A DNA stretch of 64,000 bases from Actinomycetota bacterium. Its GTDB lineage: Bacteria; Actinomycetota; Humimicrobiia; Humimicrobiales; Humimicrobiaceae. The first letter of the stretch is position 1. Every line of letters begins with the position of its first letter. Location of the stretch: positions 825 through 64,824 of the forward strand of contig JAQUOE010000003.1 in assembly GCA_028717265.1 (NCBI GenBank), given 5' to 3'. Shown here one piece after another: positions 1-10,076 of the stretch. The translations under genes were made by a program, and so were the position numbers. Below the pieces are notes generated by a model. The model made no database searches and had not been told where the DNA came from. It saw only the letters and a program-made list of their open reading frames with translations.

Positions 1-1
1 T

Positions 2-235
2 ACGATTGCTGCTCCATATTGTCTCAGGCCAAGAGCGGGAGCTCCGGTTTCGACTCCACTGTTATGGAAAGAAATTAATCCAAAACTGAATCCTTCAAGC
101 TTTACAATTAAGACTATCTTCAAAAGACTTGATAAAAAAGGAGATCTCTGGAAAGGTGTTCTTGGCCCGGGTATCGATATGAAAACATGCATTGACAGGA
201 TATATGAATCTTATCCCATATTTTCAAACAAGTAA
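2..235 (+). CDS. ligD: C-terminal fragment of a LigD-type primase-polymerase (NHEJ polymerase domain), truncated by window start
   Basis: Not in ORF track. Manual translation from base 2: TIAAPYCLRPRAGAPVSTPLLWKEINPKLNPSSFTIKTIFKRLDKKGDLW..., matching the LigD Pol C-terminal pattern (TxAAPYSxRxRxGAPVSTPLxWxE...FTI...GDxW). Stop TAA 233-235. Confidence 0.75.
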   Translation, partial: TIAAPYCLRPRAGAPVSTPLLWKEINPKLNPSSFTIKTIFKRLDKKGDLWKGVLGPGIDMKTCIDRIYESYPIFSNK

Positions 236-358
236 TCTTTCCCGGTATTACTATTCATTTTTTAATGGATTTTCTTTATGATATAATCACTCTGTCATCA
301 GCAGATAGTTGTTTTGTCTAGAAATCTTTAATAATACCCGATAAATTATAGGAGAGAG

Positions 359-1003
359 ATGATCTTTCAAAACTTTTACTGGAATACCATATTTATCCTT
401 TTCATATCATATCTTATTGGTTCTTTCCCGACCGCTTATATAGCCGGAAAAATAAAAGGTATAGATGTCAGTAAAAAGGGTAGTAAAAATATCGGCGGTA
501 TGAACACCTTCACCAGTGTAGGAAGGCTTGCAGGAGTAATGGTGATATTTATCGACGCAGGCAAAGGAATACTGGTGGCATACCTTGCCGATAAATTCTC
601 GGATCATATATTCGTTCCGATGCTTGCCGTTGTTTTTGCATTGATAGGACATAACTGGATGGTTTATATTGGCTTCAGGGGCGGGAAAGGAATTGCCGCA
701 TTTATAGGAAGTCTGCTTTATCTCTCCCCTGTATCCTTCCCTTTCCTTTACCTTCTATTTGTACCGATTGCTCTTTTCACGCTTAAAGACTCCTATCTCT
801 CGACAGCCTTTGCATTTTTTATCTTTTCCTTTTTCCTGTGGATTTATGAGGGAAGTTTCTGGTGGCTGATTTTTGGATTACTTGTTACTATATTATATAG
901 TATTAAAAGTTACAGCTTATTGAAAACATATTATACTCAACACAGGAGAGATATAAATCCTGTAGTTAGAAGAGTATTTAAACCATTTTTCAGGGGAATA
1001 TAA
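359..1003 (+). CDS. plsY: Glycerol-3-phosphate acyltransferase PlsY
   Basis: YLIGSFP, GSKNIGGMN, DAGKG, GHNW and FRGGKGIA motifs; multi-TM. Confidence 0.85.
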   Translation: MIFQNFYWNTIFILFISYLIGSFPTAYIAGKIKGIDVSKKGSKNIGGMNTFTSVGRLAGVMVIFIDAGKGILVAYLADKFSDHIFVPMLAVVFALIGHNWMVYIGFRGGKGIAAFIGSLLYLSPVSFPFLYLLFVPIALFTLKDSYLSTAFAFFIFSFFLWIYEGSFWWLIFGLLVTILYSIKSYSLLKTYYTQHRRDINPVVRRVFKPFFRGI

Positions 1004-1004
1004 A

Positions 1005-1460
1005 ATGAAATGTCCGTTTTGTTCAAATCCCGATACCAGAGTAATAGATTCCAGGTTAACCGATTCAAATGACAGCGTGAGAAGAAGAAGAATGTGTGAA
1101 AAATGCGGGAAAAGATTTACCACCTATGAAAGACCGGAAAATCAGCCAATTGCCGTTATAAAGAAAGACAATACCAGACAGCCTTTTGACAGAAATAAGA
1201 TATTAAGCGGACTTATCAGGGCATGCATAAAAAGGAATATAAGCACCGGGGTTCTAAACAAGATTGTGGACGATATAGAAAATGAAATTTCCAACATGTC
1301 ATCCAATGAGATCCAGTCCAAAGAAATAGGAGATCTTGTTTTAAAAAGATTGAAGAATCTCGACAAAGTAGCATATATAAGATTTGCTTCTGTTTATAAA
1401 CAATTTAAAACTCTAAGACAATTTACCAGAGAATTATCTGAACTACAAAAATCAAAATAG
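1005..1460 (+). CDS. nrdR: Transcriptional repressor NrdR
   Basis: MKCPFC...VIDSR...RRRRMCEKCGKRFTTYE Zn ribbon, ATP-cone, VAYIRFASVY. Confidence 0.97.
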   Translation: MKCPFCSNPDTRVIDSRLTDSNDSVRRRRMCEKCGKRFTTYERPENQPIAVIKKDNTRQPFDRNKILSGLIRACIKRNISTGVLNKIVDDIENEISNMSSNEIQSKEIGDLVLKRLKNLDKVAYIRFASVYKQFKTLRQFTRELSELQKSK

Positions 1461-1476
1461 GAACTCCTTGCATTTT

Positions 1477-2634
1477 TTATAACTTATACCGCAGTACCGC
1501 ACCTATGCTGCCCGCTTCTGACAATTTCTCATTTCCTTCTATATCCACAATCTCGCAGCCCTGATTCAAGGCATCTTCAACAATTTCATCGACTATGTCA
1601 TTATAAAATACCGGCTCTCCCCCGCAATAAGGACATTTATCTTTTTTTTCTATGGTAAAATACAGGCACGAACTGCAGATATAGCCGCTATGAATAAATT
1701 GTCTGTCATATATTAAAATCTTTATCTGCTCGGTCATTAAAGACTTTATTACGGCTTCGATCCCCAGCACGCCCATTCCGTTAGGGTTATATTCGCTGAT
1801 AAGTCCTTCCACCAGACTATTTTTTGTTTTAGCCTCGAATCCGTCTATAACCTTATTGGCTTTTTCGTTGATGATAGTAATATTCGAATCGGGTTCAGCA
1901 TCGATATTTCCGATATGCCTTGACTGCAAATAACTGTGCAGATAATTAGAAAAATTAGGAACTATTTCTTTCCTGCCTCCTAAAATCAAATAATCAAATT
2001 TCTTATCTTTAAAAAGCTCCATTGTCTTATCATTTATCAGCTTAAAGAAATGATGCAGTTTATCTTCCAGTCTGCCGAGAATCTTTTTCTCCCTTAAAGC
2101 AGCCTGGCTCCTGAAATTGACCTTCGAGGGGACATCACTTATAAGTGCCGCAAGATACTCGCTGATCCCGCCAGGGTATATAGAATAAATCTGTGCCTTT
2201 TCTCTATTTACCAGGAGAACGCCATACCTTTTGGAATTATTTATAAACGACCTTATGTTCTGAGTATGGGGTTTGGGATCTATGATTATTTTTGACCTCA
2301 TTATTATAGGTATTCTGAATACCTCCCATAATCCATCTCCGGAGGAAAAAATTATAAGGGTCCTTGTATTATCAGCCTTAAAATTATCATTTACAAAAGA
2401 TTTAACTCTTTCAAAGATTCCGGATATTTCCTTTTTCTGCCTTCTGTCAAAGTTGACATCAGTTTCCAGTTTCTCCCTGCCGGCAGCAATCATGGAATTT
2501 AATCTGGTTTGATAACTTTTTTTTGCAACTCTCGACCGGTCAACTAATAGATAAACACTGACAACCGGTTTCCCGGTAGGAGAATAATTTAATATCGAGT
2601 CAATGCCCGATACTTCATTTTTTGAATTTGTCAT
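1477..2634 (-). CDS. Bacterial eRF1/aRF1-like (baeRF/VLRF1-like) release-factor family protein with C-terminal Zn ribbon
   Basis: Three-domain eRF1-like layout: VVSVYL N-domain; RNase H-like middle domain (YGVLLVNREKAQIY, LILGG); L7Ae-like C-domain with CSSC/CPYC and end IGAVLRY. Confidence 0.75.
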   Translation of the reverse strand: MTNSKNEVSGIDSILNYSPTGKPVVSVYLLVDRSRVAKKSYQTRLNSMIAAGREKLETDVNFDRRQKKEISGIFERVKSFVNDNFKADNTRTLIIFSSGDGLWEVFRIPIIMRSKIIIDPKPHTQNIRSFINNSKRYGVLLVNREKAQIYSIYPGGISEYLAALISDVPSKVNFRSQAALREKKILGRLEDKLHHFFKLINDKTMELFKDKKFDYLILGGRKEIVPNFSNYLHSYLQSRHIGNIDAEPDSNITIINEKANKVIDGFEAKTKNSLVEGLISEYNPNGMGVLGIEAVIKSLMTEQIKILIYDRQFIHSGYICSSCLYFTIEKKDKCPYCGGEPVFYNDIVDEIVEDALNQGCEIVDIEGNEKLSEAGSIGAVLRYKL

Positions 2635-2774
2635 AAGAAACTCCTTTTATTATTACCTTATATATAATGGATACAGATTCTATTTCCGATAGATTTATTA
2701 TTTCTTTAAAAGCTTTGATTTATGATTAAAATTTATTATTATTATACAATATCTACTCAAGAAAGAGAGTATCA

Positions 2775-3635
2775 ATGTTCGGATATATCGGCTATAAAAT
2801 TATCGAATTTATTGTAGTTGCAACTCCCTACCCTGTAACATACCTCATTGCAAGGTTAAGTGTCTGGCTCTGGATGCTGACGGGTAAAAACGTTGATGCT
2901 GTTAAAAAAAATGTTTCTAAAGTTCTTAATCTTGGTCTGAAAGATAGAGAGACTCGTAGAATAACAACCAGGATTTTTGTAAGCTGTGGTAAAAATTTTG
3001 CCGATTTCCTGAAATATCCCATCCTTTCCAAAGAAAAATTAAAAAAAAGAGTGGAAATAAAAGGCCTCAAGCACCTTGACGGTGCATTGAAAAAAGGAAA
3101 AGGTGTGGTTATTTTCACCGCACACATCGGAAATTTTGAATGGGGTGCATGCAGACTGGCTGTAGACGGATACAATATCTGGGGTATCAGTCTGTATAGA
3201 AAAAATAAGTTTACCAGAAGATTTTTTGAGCTAAAAAGGTTATCCAAGGGACTAAAGACTCTATATATAAATAAAATTTTGAATATTTTTAAAATACTAA
3301 AAAGTAATGAAATAGTTGCTATACCTTCGGATTGGGATCCTACGGGCCAGGCTGCCAGACCATTTGAATTCTTCGGTAAGACTGCTTACCTCCCTACCGG
3401 AGCTTTACAAATAGCTTTGAAATCAGGTGCGCCGCTGATACCGGGTTTCATCCATAGAAAGGATAAATACAACCATCTCCTGACATTCGAAAATCCAATC
3501 GACCTGATAAGAGAAGGGGATAAAGATTTATTGATTGCCGGAAATATGAAAAAAGTGATAAAAGTCATGGAAAAATATATCAGAGATAATATTTGCGAAT
3601 GGGAAATGTTTCATGATATCTGGAGTGAAAAATAA
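2775..3635 (+). CDS. Lysophospholipid acyltransferase, LpxL/PatA (phosphatidylinositol mannoside acyltransferase)-like
   Basis: GKGVVIFTAHIGNFEW, FFGKTAYLPTGA and CEWEMFHDIW motifs of the bacterial lipid A/PIM acyltransferase family. Confidence 0.8.
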   Translation: MFGYIGYKIIEFIVVATPYPVTYLIARLSVWLWMLTGKNVDAVKKNVSKVLNLGLKDRETRRITTRIFVSCGKNFADFLKYPILSKEKLKKRVEIKGLKHLDGALKKGKGVVIFTAHIGNFEWGACRLAVDGYNIWGISLYRKNKFTRRFFELKRLSKGLKTLYINKILNIFKILKSNEIVAIPSDWDPTGQAARPFEFFGKTAYLPTGALQIALKSGAPLIPGFIHRKDKYNHLLTFENPIDLIREGDKDLLIAGNMKKVIKVMEKYIRDNICEWEMFHDIWSEK

Positions 3636-3729
3636 GCTTCGCCATTTACAATTTACATACAATAATATATATATATTTTAATATCACGCAGTCTTAAATT
3701 TAATTTGTCCTATTAATATACGTTACGAC

Positions 3730-6597
3730 TTGAACAAGAGGAGATTAAAAATCAAAAATAAAATTGACGGATCCGGATCCGGATCCGTATCCGTCTCCGA
3801 TAATCATAATGAAATATTGTGGCATACAAAATCTGTCGAAGACATCGTAAAGAAACTTGACACTGATATAAAGAAAGGTATAACCGAAAAAGAGTCCGCA
3901 GAACGAATTAAAGAATACGGGTATAATGAATTAGAAGAAAAAAAGGGACGAACGCCATTCAGGATTTTTATTTCCCAGTTCAATGACTTTATGATATGGA
4001 TACTTATTGCGGCAGCATTTATTTCCGGAATAATAATAAAGGAAATCACCGATGCGATAGTAATACTTATTATCCTCATAATAAATTCTGTTTTAGGCTT
4101 TGTTCAGGAATTCCGTGCCGAAAAAGCTCTCCAGGCTTTAAAAGAGCTTGCTTCGCCTTCAGCGCTCGTAATAAGAGATGGCCGCGAAAGCAGTATATAT
4201 TCAAAAAAACTGGTCCCGGGCGATATCATCAAACTGACTGCAGGGGATCTGGTGCCGGCAGACTGCAGGATCATTGAACATGTAAATCTTCAGACCAACG
4301 AATCGATACTAACAGGAGAGTCAATGCCTGTGGGCAAAACCATTTCGGCACTTTATCAAACAAGTCTTGCCACGGGCGACAAAAGAAATATGCTTTTCAG
4401 CGGTACCACTATTACAAAAGGCAGATGTATCGCTGTTGTCACAGGCACGGGACAAAATACCGAAATCGGTAAAATTGCCAGTATGGTCCAGACAGAAGAG
4501 GAGCAGACTCCTCTGCAAATCGAATTAAAAACCGTAGGAAAGAAAATCGGTATTATTTGTCTCATTATAAGTGCCATTGTCTTTTTATCGGGAATACTTA
4601 AGGGTAATTCAGTTGCCCAGATGCTGCTGGTTGCCGTAGCTCTCGCAGTTGCAGCTATACCTGAGGGACTACCGGCAATAGTCACCGTATCACTGGCACT
4701 GGGTGTTCAAAAGATGGCGAAAAACAACGCCATAGTCAGAAAATTAAGCTCTGTCGAAACACTTGGCGGCATATCCGTAATATGTACTGACAAGACAGGA
4801 ACACTTACGGAAAATAAAATGATGGTACGCCGGATTTACGCAGGACTGAAAGAGGTCAAAGATTATAATGATTTTATAGAAAGATATAACAAAGCCGATA
4901 TCGGGAGCGATAAAATAATTTCAAATTTAAAAAACCCGGAAGGCTCCCGGGCACTGGAACTTCTTATTAAGAACTCGATTCTCTGTAATGATGCCTATTA
5001 TGCAAATACAGAAAACAGGCAAATAAAAGGAGACCCTACCGAGGCCGCTCTTATCGAGATGGGCAGTTTTTATTCTATCGATAAATTTAATCTGGAAAAG
5101 GATTACCCCAGACAATTGGAGGAGCCTTTTGATTCCGAACGCAAGATGATGAGTACCATTAATAAAATACCTGTCGATGAGAACCACAACGGTCACAGGT
5201 ATATACTTTTTTCAAAGGGTGCTCCCGAAGTGATCGCCGGAAAATGCAGCAGAATATTCAAGGATGGGGAAATTGAAAATCTTACAGATACCGACCGGAA
5301 TGAAATAACTAAAGAAAATCATGCACTTGCCGAAAAAGCGATGAGAAATCTTGCTTTCGCGTTTAAATATCTGGACAGCCTGCCGGATGAGAAAAAAATA
5401 AATGAGGCAGAAAAGGACCTTGTATATCTGGGTATAGTCGGAATGATAGATCCGCCGCGGCCGGAAGTATATGATGCCATTAAAAAATGCAGGAACGCCA
5501 ATATCAAAATTATCATAGTAACCGGGGATCATAAGATAACTGCCAGAGCCATTGGAGAAGAACTGGGAATACTTGGCCCGTCAGATAAGATTATCGACGG
5601 CATTGAACTTGATTCGATGACCGAAAAAGAACTTGAAGAACAAATAGAAGGTATACGGATCTTTGCAAGGGTCTCCCCTTCCAATAAGGTAAGAATTGTA
5701 GAAGCCCTGAAGAAAAATCAACATATCGTAGCAATGACAGGTGATGGGATCAATGATGCTCCGTCGCTTAAAAAAGCGGATATTGGTGTAGCGATGGGTA
5801 TCGTTGGAACCGATGTCAGTAAAGAATCAAGTGATATGATTTTAACCGATGATAATTTCGCGACTATAGTAAAGGCCATAAAAGAAGGCAGGATAATATA
5901 CGATAATCTTAAAAAATTCATATTATTTCTGCTGTCATGCAATATATCGGAAGTTCTTCTTATGTTTATTGCAATAGTTGTGGGTGATTACATTCTATAT
6001 ATTATTACCGGAGAAAGAGAACTCCTTTACATACCGCTGCTGCCGGTCCAGATCCTGTGGATGAATCTGATAACCGATGGACTTCCGGCTATGGCACTGG
6101 GAATAGATCCCCCCGAAAAAAATATTATGGATAGAAAGGCTACCAAAAAAAAGGAACAGATTTTGAGCAGGAGAGGACTTGTAACGATCCTCTGGCAGGG
6201 TATAATCCTGACCATGGGGGCACTTTTTATATATTTTACCGGCCCTTTGCTTTTTAATACTCACCACCTTCTTCATGATCGGGAAATTTTTCAAACCTCT
6301 GTTTTTACTACCCTGGTCATAACGCAGTTGCTTCATACATTCAATTTCCGGTTTGAAAATAAGGGAATATTCAGAAAACATATTCTGGGAAATAAATACT
6401 TAAATTTCGCAATAATCACATCGGTAATGATGCAGATTGCAATAATCTATGTTCCCTGGCTGCAGGGTGTGTTCCAGACGGCCAGTCTGAACATATATCA
6501 CTGGCTGTTTATCATAACCTGTTCCATTGTGCCGGTTCTGATCATTAACTTTGTAAATGAGATAATTTATAAAAGAAGAAAAATCAATGCAGTTTAG
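3730..6597 (+). CDS. P-type ATPase, type IIA (Ca2+-transporting-like); true start may be downstream of the TTG
   Basis: TGES, PEGL, DKTGT phosphorylation site, KGAPE, TGDGINDAPSLKKADIG, QILWMNLITDG. Confidence 0.93.
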   Translation: MNKRRLKIKNKIDGSGSGSVSVSDNHNEILWHTKSVEDIVKKLDTDIKKGITEKESAERIKEYGYNELEEKKGRTPFRIFISQFNDFMIWILIAAAFISGIIIKEITDAIVILIILIINSVLGFVQEFRAEKALQALKELASPSALVIRDGRESSIYSKKLVPGDIIKLTAGDLVPADCRIIEHVNLQTNESILTGESMPVGKTISALYQTSLATGDKRNMLFSGTTITKGRCIAVVTGTGQNTEIGKIASMVQTEEEQTPLQIELKTVGKKIGIICLIISAIVFLSGILKGNSVAQMLLVAVALAVAAIPEGLPAIVTVSLALGVQKMAKNNAIVRKLSSVETLGGISVICTDKTGTLTENKMMVRRIYAGLKEVKDYNDFIERYNKADIGSDKIISNLKNPEGSRALELLIKNSILCNDAYYANTENRQIKGDPTEAALIEMGSFYSIDKFNLEKDYPRQLEEPFDSERKMMSTINKIPVDENHNGHRYILFSKGAPEVIAGKCSRIFKDGEIENLTDTDRNEITKENHALAEKAMRNLAFAFKYLDSLPDEKKINEAEKDLVYLGIVGMIDPPRPEVYDAIKKCRNANIKIIIVTGDHKITARAIGEELGILGPSDKIIDGIELDSMTEKELEEQIEGIRIFARVSPSNKVRIVEALKKNQHIVAMTGDGINDAPSLKKADIGVAMGIVGTDVSKESSDMILTDDNFATIVKAIKEGRIIYDNLKKFILFLLSCNISEVLLMFIAIVVGDYILYIITGERELLYIPLLPVQILWMNLITDGLPAMALGIDPPEKNIMDRKATKKKEQILSRRGLVTILWQGIILTMGALFIYFTGPLLFNTHHLLHDREIFQTSVFTTLVITQLLHTFNFRFENKGIFRKHILGNKYLNFAIITSVMMQIAIIYVPWLQGVFQTASLNIYHWLFIITCSIVPVLIINFVNEIIYKRRKINAV

Positions 6598-6624
6598 CAA
6601 AATGCCTGCTTCTTTATTTTTCTA

Positions 6625-7473
6625 TTATTCTCTTCTTCTCATTCTTGCTCTTGCTCTTATAGCCGCTCCTATTACGGTAAAAAACAAAACTATTATTAAC
6701 AGTACAAGAGCGGTCCCCCATTGTTTGTCCTCCGGTGCATTGGGAAGTTGTGTTGCCAGTACATACAGGTGATATGGAAGAGCCATTACCTGACTGAAAA
6801 TCGAATTTGGAAGATTCGGTTGTGAAAATGCAACTACCGTAAAGATTATAGGCGCTGTCTCTCCAGCTGCCCTGCCGATACCGATGACTGAACCGGTGAT
6901 TATACCGGGAAGTGCCTGCGGTAATACTACCCTTACGACAGTCTGCCATTTGTTGGCTCCGAGTGCAAATGAAGCATTCCTGTATGTATCAGGAACACTT
7001 TTTAATGCCTCTTCGGACGCGGTTATGATTATTGGAAGAATAAGAAATCCCAGAGTAAGACAACCTGAAAGAATTGATTTACCAAACTTTAAAAACATGA
7101 CAAAAAAACCCAGCCCGAATAACCCGAATACTACCGAAGGGACGCCGGACATATTTATGATCGAGAGTCTTATGATCCTTGTAAGTCTATTTTTTCTGGC
7201 GTATTCATTTAGATAAATAGCAGAAAACACTCCTACGGGCAGAGCGATTATAACCGTGCCGATTATCAGATAAAGGGTCCCTAAAATAGCAGGCAGTATC
7301 CCGCCTTCGCGCATTCCCGCACTCGGTTTCTGAGATATGAATTCCCAGCTAAGGGCGGGTCCTCCTTTTATAAAAAGGTATATTATTATGCCAAAAACAA
7401 AGCTGATAACTATGATGCTTAAAAGAAGTAATATTGAATACCAGATGTTTTGTTTTAGATATCTGCTTTTCAT
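6625..7473 (-). CDS. pstA: Phosphate ABC transporter permease PstA
   Basis: GGILPAILGT, GVPSVVFGLFG, EAA loop, RAAGETAPI; follows pstC. Confidence 0.93.
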   Translation of the reverse strand: MKSRYLKQNIWYSILLLLSIIVISFVFGIIIYLFIKGGPALSWEFISQKPSAGMREGGILPAILGTLYLIIGTVIIALPVGVFSAIYLNEYARKNRLTRIIRLSIINMSGVPSVVFGLFGLGFFVMFLKFGKSILSGCLTLGFLILPIIITASEEALKSVPDTYRNASFALGANKWQTVVRVVLPQALPGIITGSVIGIGRAAGETAPIIFTVVAFSQPNLPNSIFSQVMALPYHLYVLATQLPNAPEDKQWGTALVLLIIVLFFTVIGAAIRARARMRRRE

Positions 7474-7488
7474 TTTAAATTCATGAAA

Positions 7489-8376
7489 TTAATAATTTCT
7501 TATTTTCGCTACATATCTATCTGCCACCAGATTGATCAAAAAAGTCATAATGAAAAGTATCAGACCTATTGCAAACAATGCAGAGTAATGCAATCCTCCC
7601 TGGACAGTTTCCCCCATCTCTGCTGCAATTGTAGCGGTAATGGTCCTGACCGGCTGCAGCCAGGAAAATACGATTCGGGGAGAATTCCCTGTTATCATCA
7701 GGACGGTCATTGTTTCACCCACTACTCTTCCTAATCCCAGCATCACTGCCGCAACAATACCCGAAGATGCTGCAGGAAATACTGTTCTTGTTGTTGTTTC
7801 CCATTTTGTTGCTCCCAGAGCAATCGAAGCATGCCTGAACCTTACAGGCACTGCATTTATGGCATCTTCGGAAATAGATATAATAGTTGGAAGACTCATA
7901 AAAGCCAGTGCCAGAGAACCTGCAAGTGCAGTAAGGCCGATACTCAAGTTAAAGACATTTTTTATCAGCGGAACTATCGTTTTTAAACCGATAAAACCTA
8001 TAACCACTGATGGGATTGTTGCCAGTACCTCGATAATCGGTTTAAAAAATTCCCTTATATACCTTGGTGCCAGTTCCCCTATATATATCGCTACCCCCAC
8101 ACCCAGAGGTATTGCTATCAGAATACCGCCAAAAGCAATTTCCAGAGATCCAACAAGAAGCGGCACGAATCCAAATTTTTCAGTCACGGTAGGGGACCAT
8201 CTGGTCCCAAAAATAAAATCAAAGAAGGGATATGAGGAAAAAAATCTTATTGAATTATAAACTAAAAAAGTGAGTATTAATCCTAAAATGATTATGGAAA
8301 TGATCCCATTTATAAAAATGAACTTGCCGATAAGAAAATTTTTAACGCCTTTTAATTTTAATCTCAGCTTCTTCAT
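7489..8376 (-). CDS. pstC: Phosphate ABC transporter permease PstC
   Basis: FGFVPLLVGS, ELLATIPSV-like, GRVVGETM, TITATIAAEMGE. Confidence 0.93.
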   Translation of the reverse strand: MKKLRLKLKGVKNFLIGKFIFINGIISIIILGLILTFLVYNSIRFFSSYPFFDFIFGTRWSPTVTEKFGFVPLLVGSLEIAFGGILIAIPLGVGVAIYIGELAPRYIREFFKPIIEVLATIPSVVIGFIGLKTIVPLIKNVFNLSIGLTALAGSLALAFMSLPTIISISEDAINAVPVRFRHASIALGATKWETTTRTVFPAASSGIVAAVMLGLGRVVGETMTVLMITGNSPRIVFSWLQPVRTITATIAAEMGETVQGGLHYSALFAIGLILFIMTFLINLVADRYVAKIRNY

Positions 8377-8433
8377 TAAAATAATATTATAACAGATATT
8401 TTTTGACTTACGCTTTAAATCTTAAAAAATACC

Positions 8434-8465
8434 GGGGCTATAGAATCATTATAATCTATAGCCCC
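8434..8465 (-). terminator. Hairpin/intrinsic terminator between pstS and pstC
   Basis: 11-bp stem GGGGCTATAGA/TCTATAGCCCC followed on the minus strand by GGTATTTTTT. Confidence 0.6.
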
Positions 8466-8530
8466 ATCGCCGTTTACCCTTTATTACCCCTTTTGGATGT
8501 AAGACGTTTATCTTTTGATGTCGTTGCTAT

Positions 8531-9547
8531 TTATTTCATCGGTACAAATCCAGTATCAAGGGCAATTGCCTGTCCTTCATCACTTAAAATAAAATCAAGA
8601 TAGGCCATACCCATCTCACTTAAATCACCTTCACGATAATAATTATAAAGGCCACGGGATATCGGATAAGTGCCATCCTTTACAGTCTCAACAGATGGTA
8701 TGATACCTTCAACCATTACTGATTTAGCCCCTTTATCAAGAGCCTCCTGCAAATAACCAAGCCCGATATATCCAATGGCATTATCAGTTGTGGTCACGGT
8801 ATTCACAATGTCGGCATTTGATTGAAGAGCCAATGCGGTTGTTGCAAATTCATTTGTGTCTTCCGTTTTATCTATTTGAATTACGGCTTCCAGGAAATAT
8901 TCATAAGTTCCCGAAGATGAGTCTCTTGAAGCCAGTATTATATCTGCATCCGGACCTCCGACTTCGTTCCAGTTTGTGATGATACCCCTGAAAATATCCG
9001 AAAGCTGTCTTATTGAAAGATCTTCCACGCCTTCTATATTTCCACTAAGTATTACAGATATACCATCATAAGCAACCTGCACTTCAACTATGTTTATCCC
9101 CATTGACTCAGCCTGTTCCATTTCTTCGTCTTTAATCTGTCTTGATGAATCTGCTATATCATTGATTCCGTTTATGCATTCGGATATACCTGTTCCGGAA
9201 CCTCCTCCTCCTATGGTTACAGACCCTCCATATTCTTCCATAAAGGCTGCTGCCGCAGGTTCGGCAAATGGAAGCAGAGTAGTAGAACCGGAAACCAGGA
9301 GTTCCTGACCCTCAAACTGTTTTACTTCGGGTTCTTCCTCGATTGCTTCCTCCTCTTCCGCTACTGTTTCTTCAGCCGTTTCTTCTTCTACAGCAGTTTC
9401 TTCCTCTACAGCAGTTTCTTCTGCAGGTGCGGTTTCTTCCTTACAGCCGAATAAAATAGTGCTTGCCAGAAACAGCACTATTATAGTCAGACTAATTAAT
9501 ATCCTGAGATTACTCCTACTTTTTATCATTCTAATTTCTCCTTTCAT
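8531..9547 (-). CDS. pstS: Phosphate-binding lipoprotein PstS
   Basis: Lipobox LFGC; SGSTT, GGGSGTG and RDSSSGT phosphate-binding motifs; upstream of pstC/pstA. Confidence 0.93.
   Translation of the reverse strand: MKGEIRMIKSRSNLRILISLTIIVLFLASTILFGCKEETAPAEETAVEEETAVEEETAEETVAEEEEAIEEEPEVKQFEGQELLVSGSTTLLPFAEPAAAAFMEEYGGSVTIGGGGSGTGISECINGINDIADSSRQIKDEEMEQAESMGINIVEVQVAYDGISVILSGNIEGVEDLSIRQLSDIFRGIITNWNEVGGPDADIILASRDSSSGTYEYFLEAVIQIDKTEDTNEFATTALALQSNADIVNTVTTTDNAIGYIGLGYLQEALDKGAKSVMVEGIIPSVETVKDGTYPISRGLYNYYREGDLSEMGMAYLDFILSDEGQAIALDTGFVPMK
9331..9440 (-). repeat. Acidic low-complexity linker in PstS (EETAVE 18-bp tandem units)
   Basis: gtttcttcttctacagca / gtttcttcctctacagca at 9378-9413; encodes EETAPAEETAVEEETAVEEETAEE. 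Confidence 0.8.
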
Positions 9548-9605
9548 TAAAACTTTTCACCAATGCTATTGAAAACGAATTCTATCAAATAATGAAGTCC
9601 TTGTT

Positions 9606-9643
9606 GTTAAAAAAAAATTAAATATTTATTAAAAATAATTTAA
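9606..9643 (-). promoter_or_regulatory. Putative Pho-box-like array (four TTAAN units at 11-bp period) upstream of pstS
   Basis: Minus strand TTAAA-n6-TTAAT-n6-TTAAT-n6-TTAAC; 11-bp periodicity is typical of PhoB/PhoP sites; AT-rich background lowers confidence. Confidence 0.4.
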
Positions 9644-9685
9644 AATATCACAGCACTCACAAACGTAATATCAAAAAAAGATATA

Positions 9686-9985
9686 AAAGATTTGATTTAT
9701 CACTCAGGTCAGGTACTCCGGTATTGCAGCGGTGATTATGTGGATATTTTAAAAGAAAGCCTCATCAAAATATCCATGTCATATAAGACTAATCCTTATG
9801 ATAATGCAAAGATAGAATCATTCTTCAGGACACTGAAGGTTTAAGAAGTCTACATATTTAAATACGAAACATTTGCAGATGTTGCAGCCGGGATTACCTG
9901 TTTTATTAAAGGGGTCTACGATAAGAAAAGACTGCATTCTTCACTGGGCTATATGTCCCCGGAAGAATTTGAATATATATTTAAA
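9686..9985 (+). pseudogene. IS3-family transposase (rve integrase core) C-terminal remnant
   Basis: Manual translation: KDLIYHSGQVLRYCSGDYVDILKESLIKISMSYKTNPYDNAKIESFFRTLKV*EVY...YDKKRLHSSLGYMSPEEFE. Degenerate HSDxGxQY, NPYDNAxxESFF and RLHSSLGYxSP motifs; internal TAA at 9842-9844. Confidence 0.88.
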
Positions 9986-10076
9986 AATGATAAAAATTTT
10001 ATATTTTATTTAAAAAAAACTATAATTATATTAATATATCCAACAAATAATTAAATTTTCATTAGATAAAAACATA

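Noticed and set aside
40-60. GGTTTCGACTCC resembling a tRNA/tmRNA T-arm
   Set aside because: Lies in-frame within the LigD coding fragment (APVSTP); no cloverleaf or CCA context
3769-3798. GGATCC tandem hexamers (GSGSGSVSVS) near the start of the P-type ATPase
   Set aside because: Short low-complexity linker or possibly upstream of the true start; too short to be a CRISPR or contingency repeat
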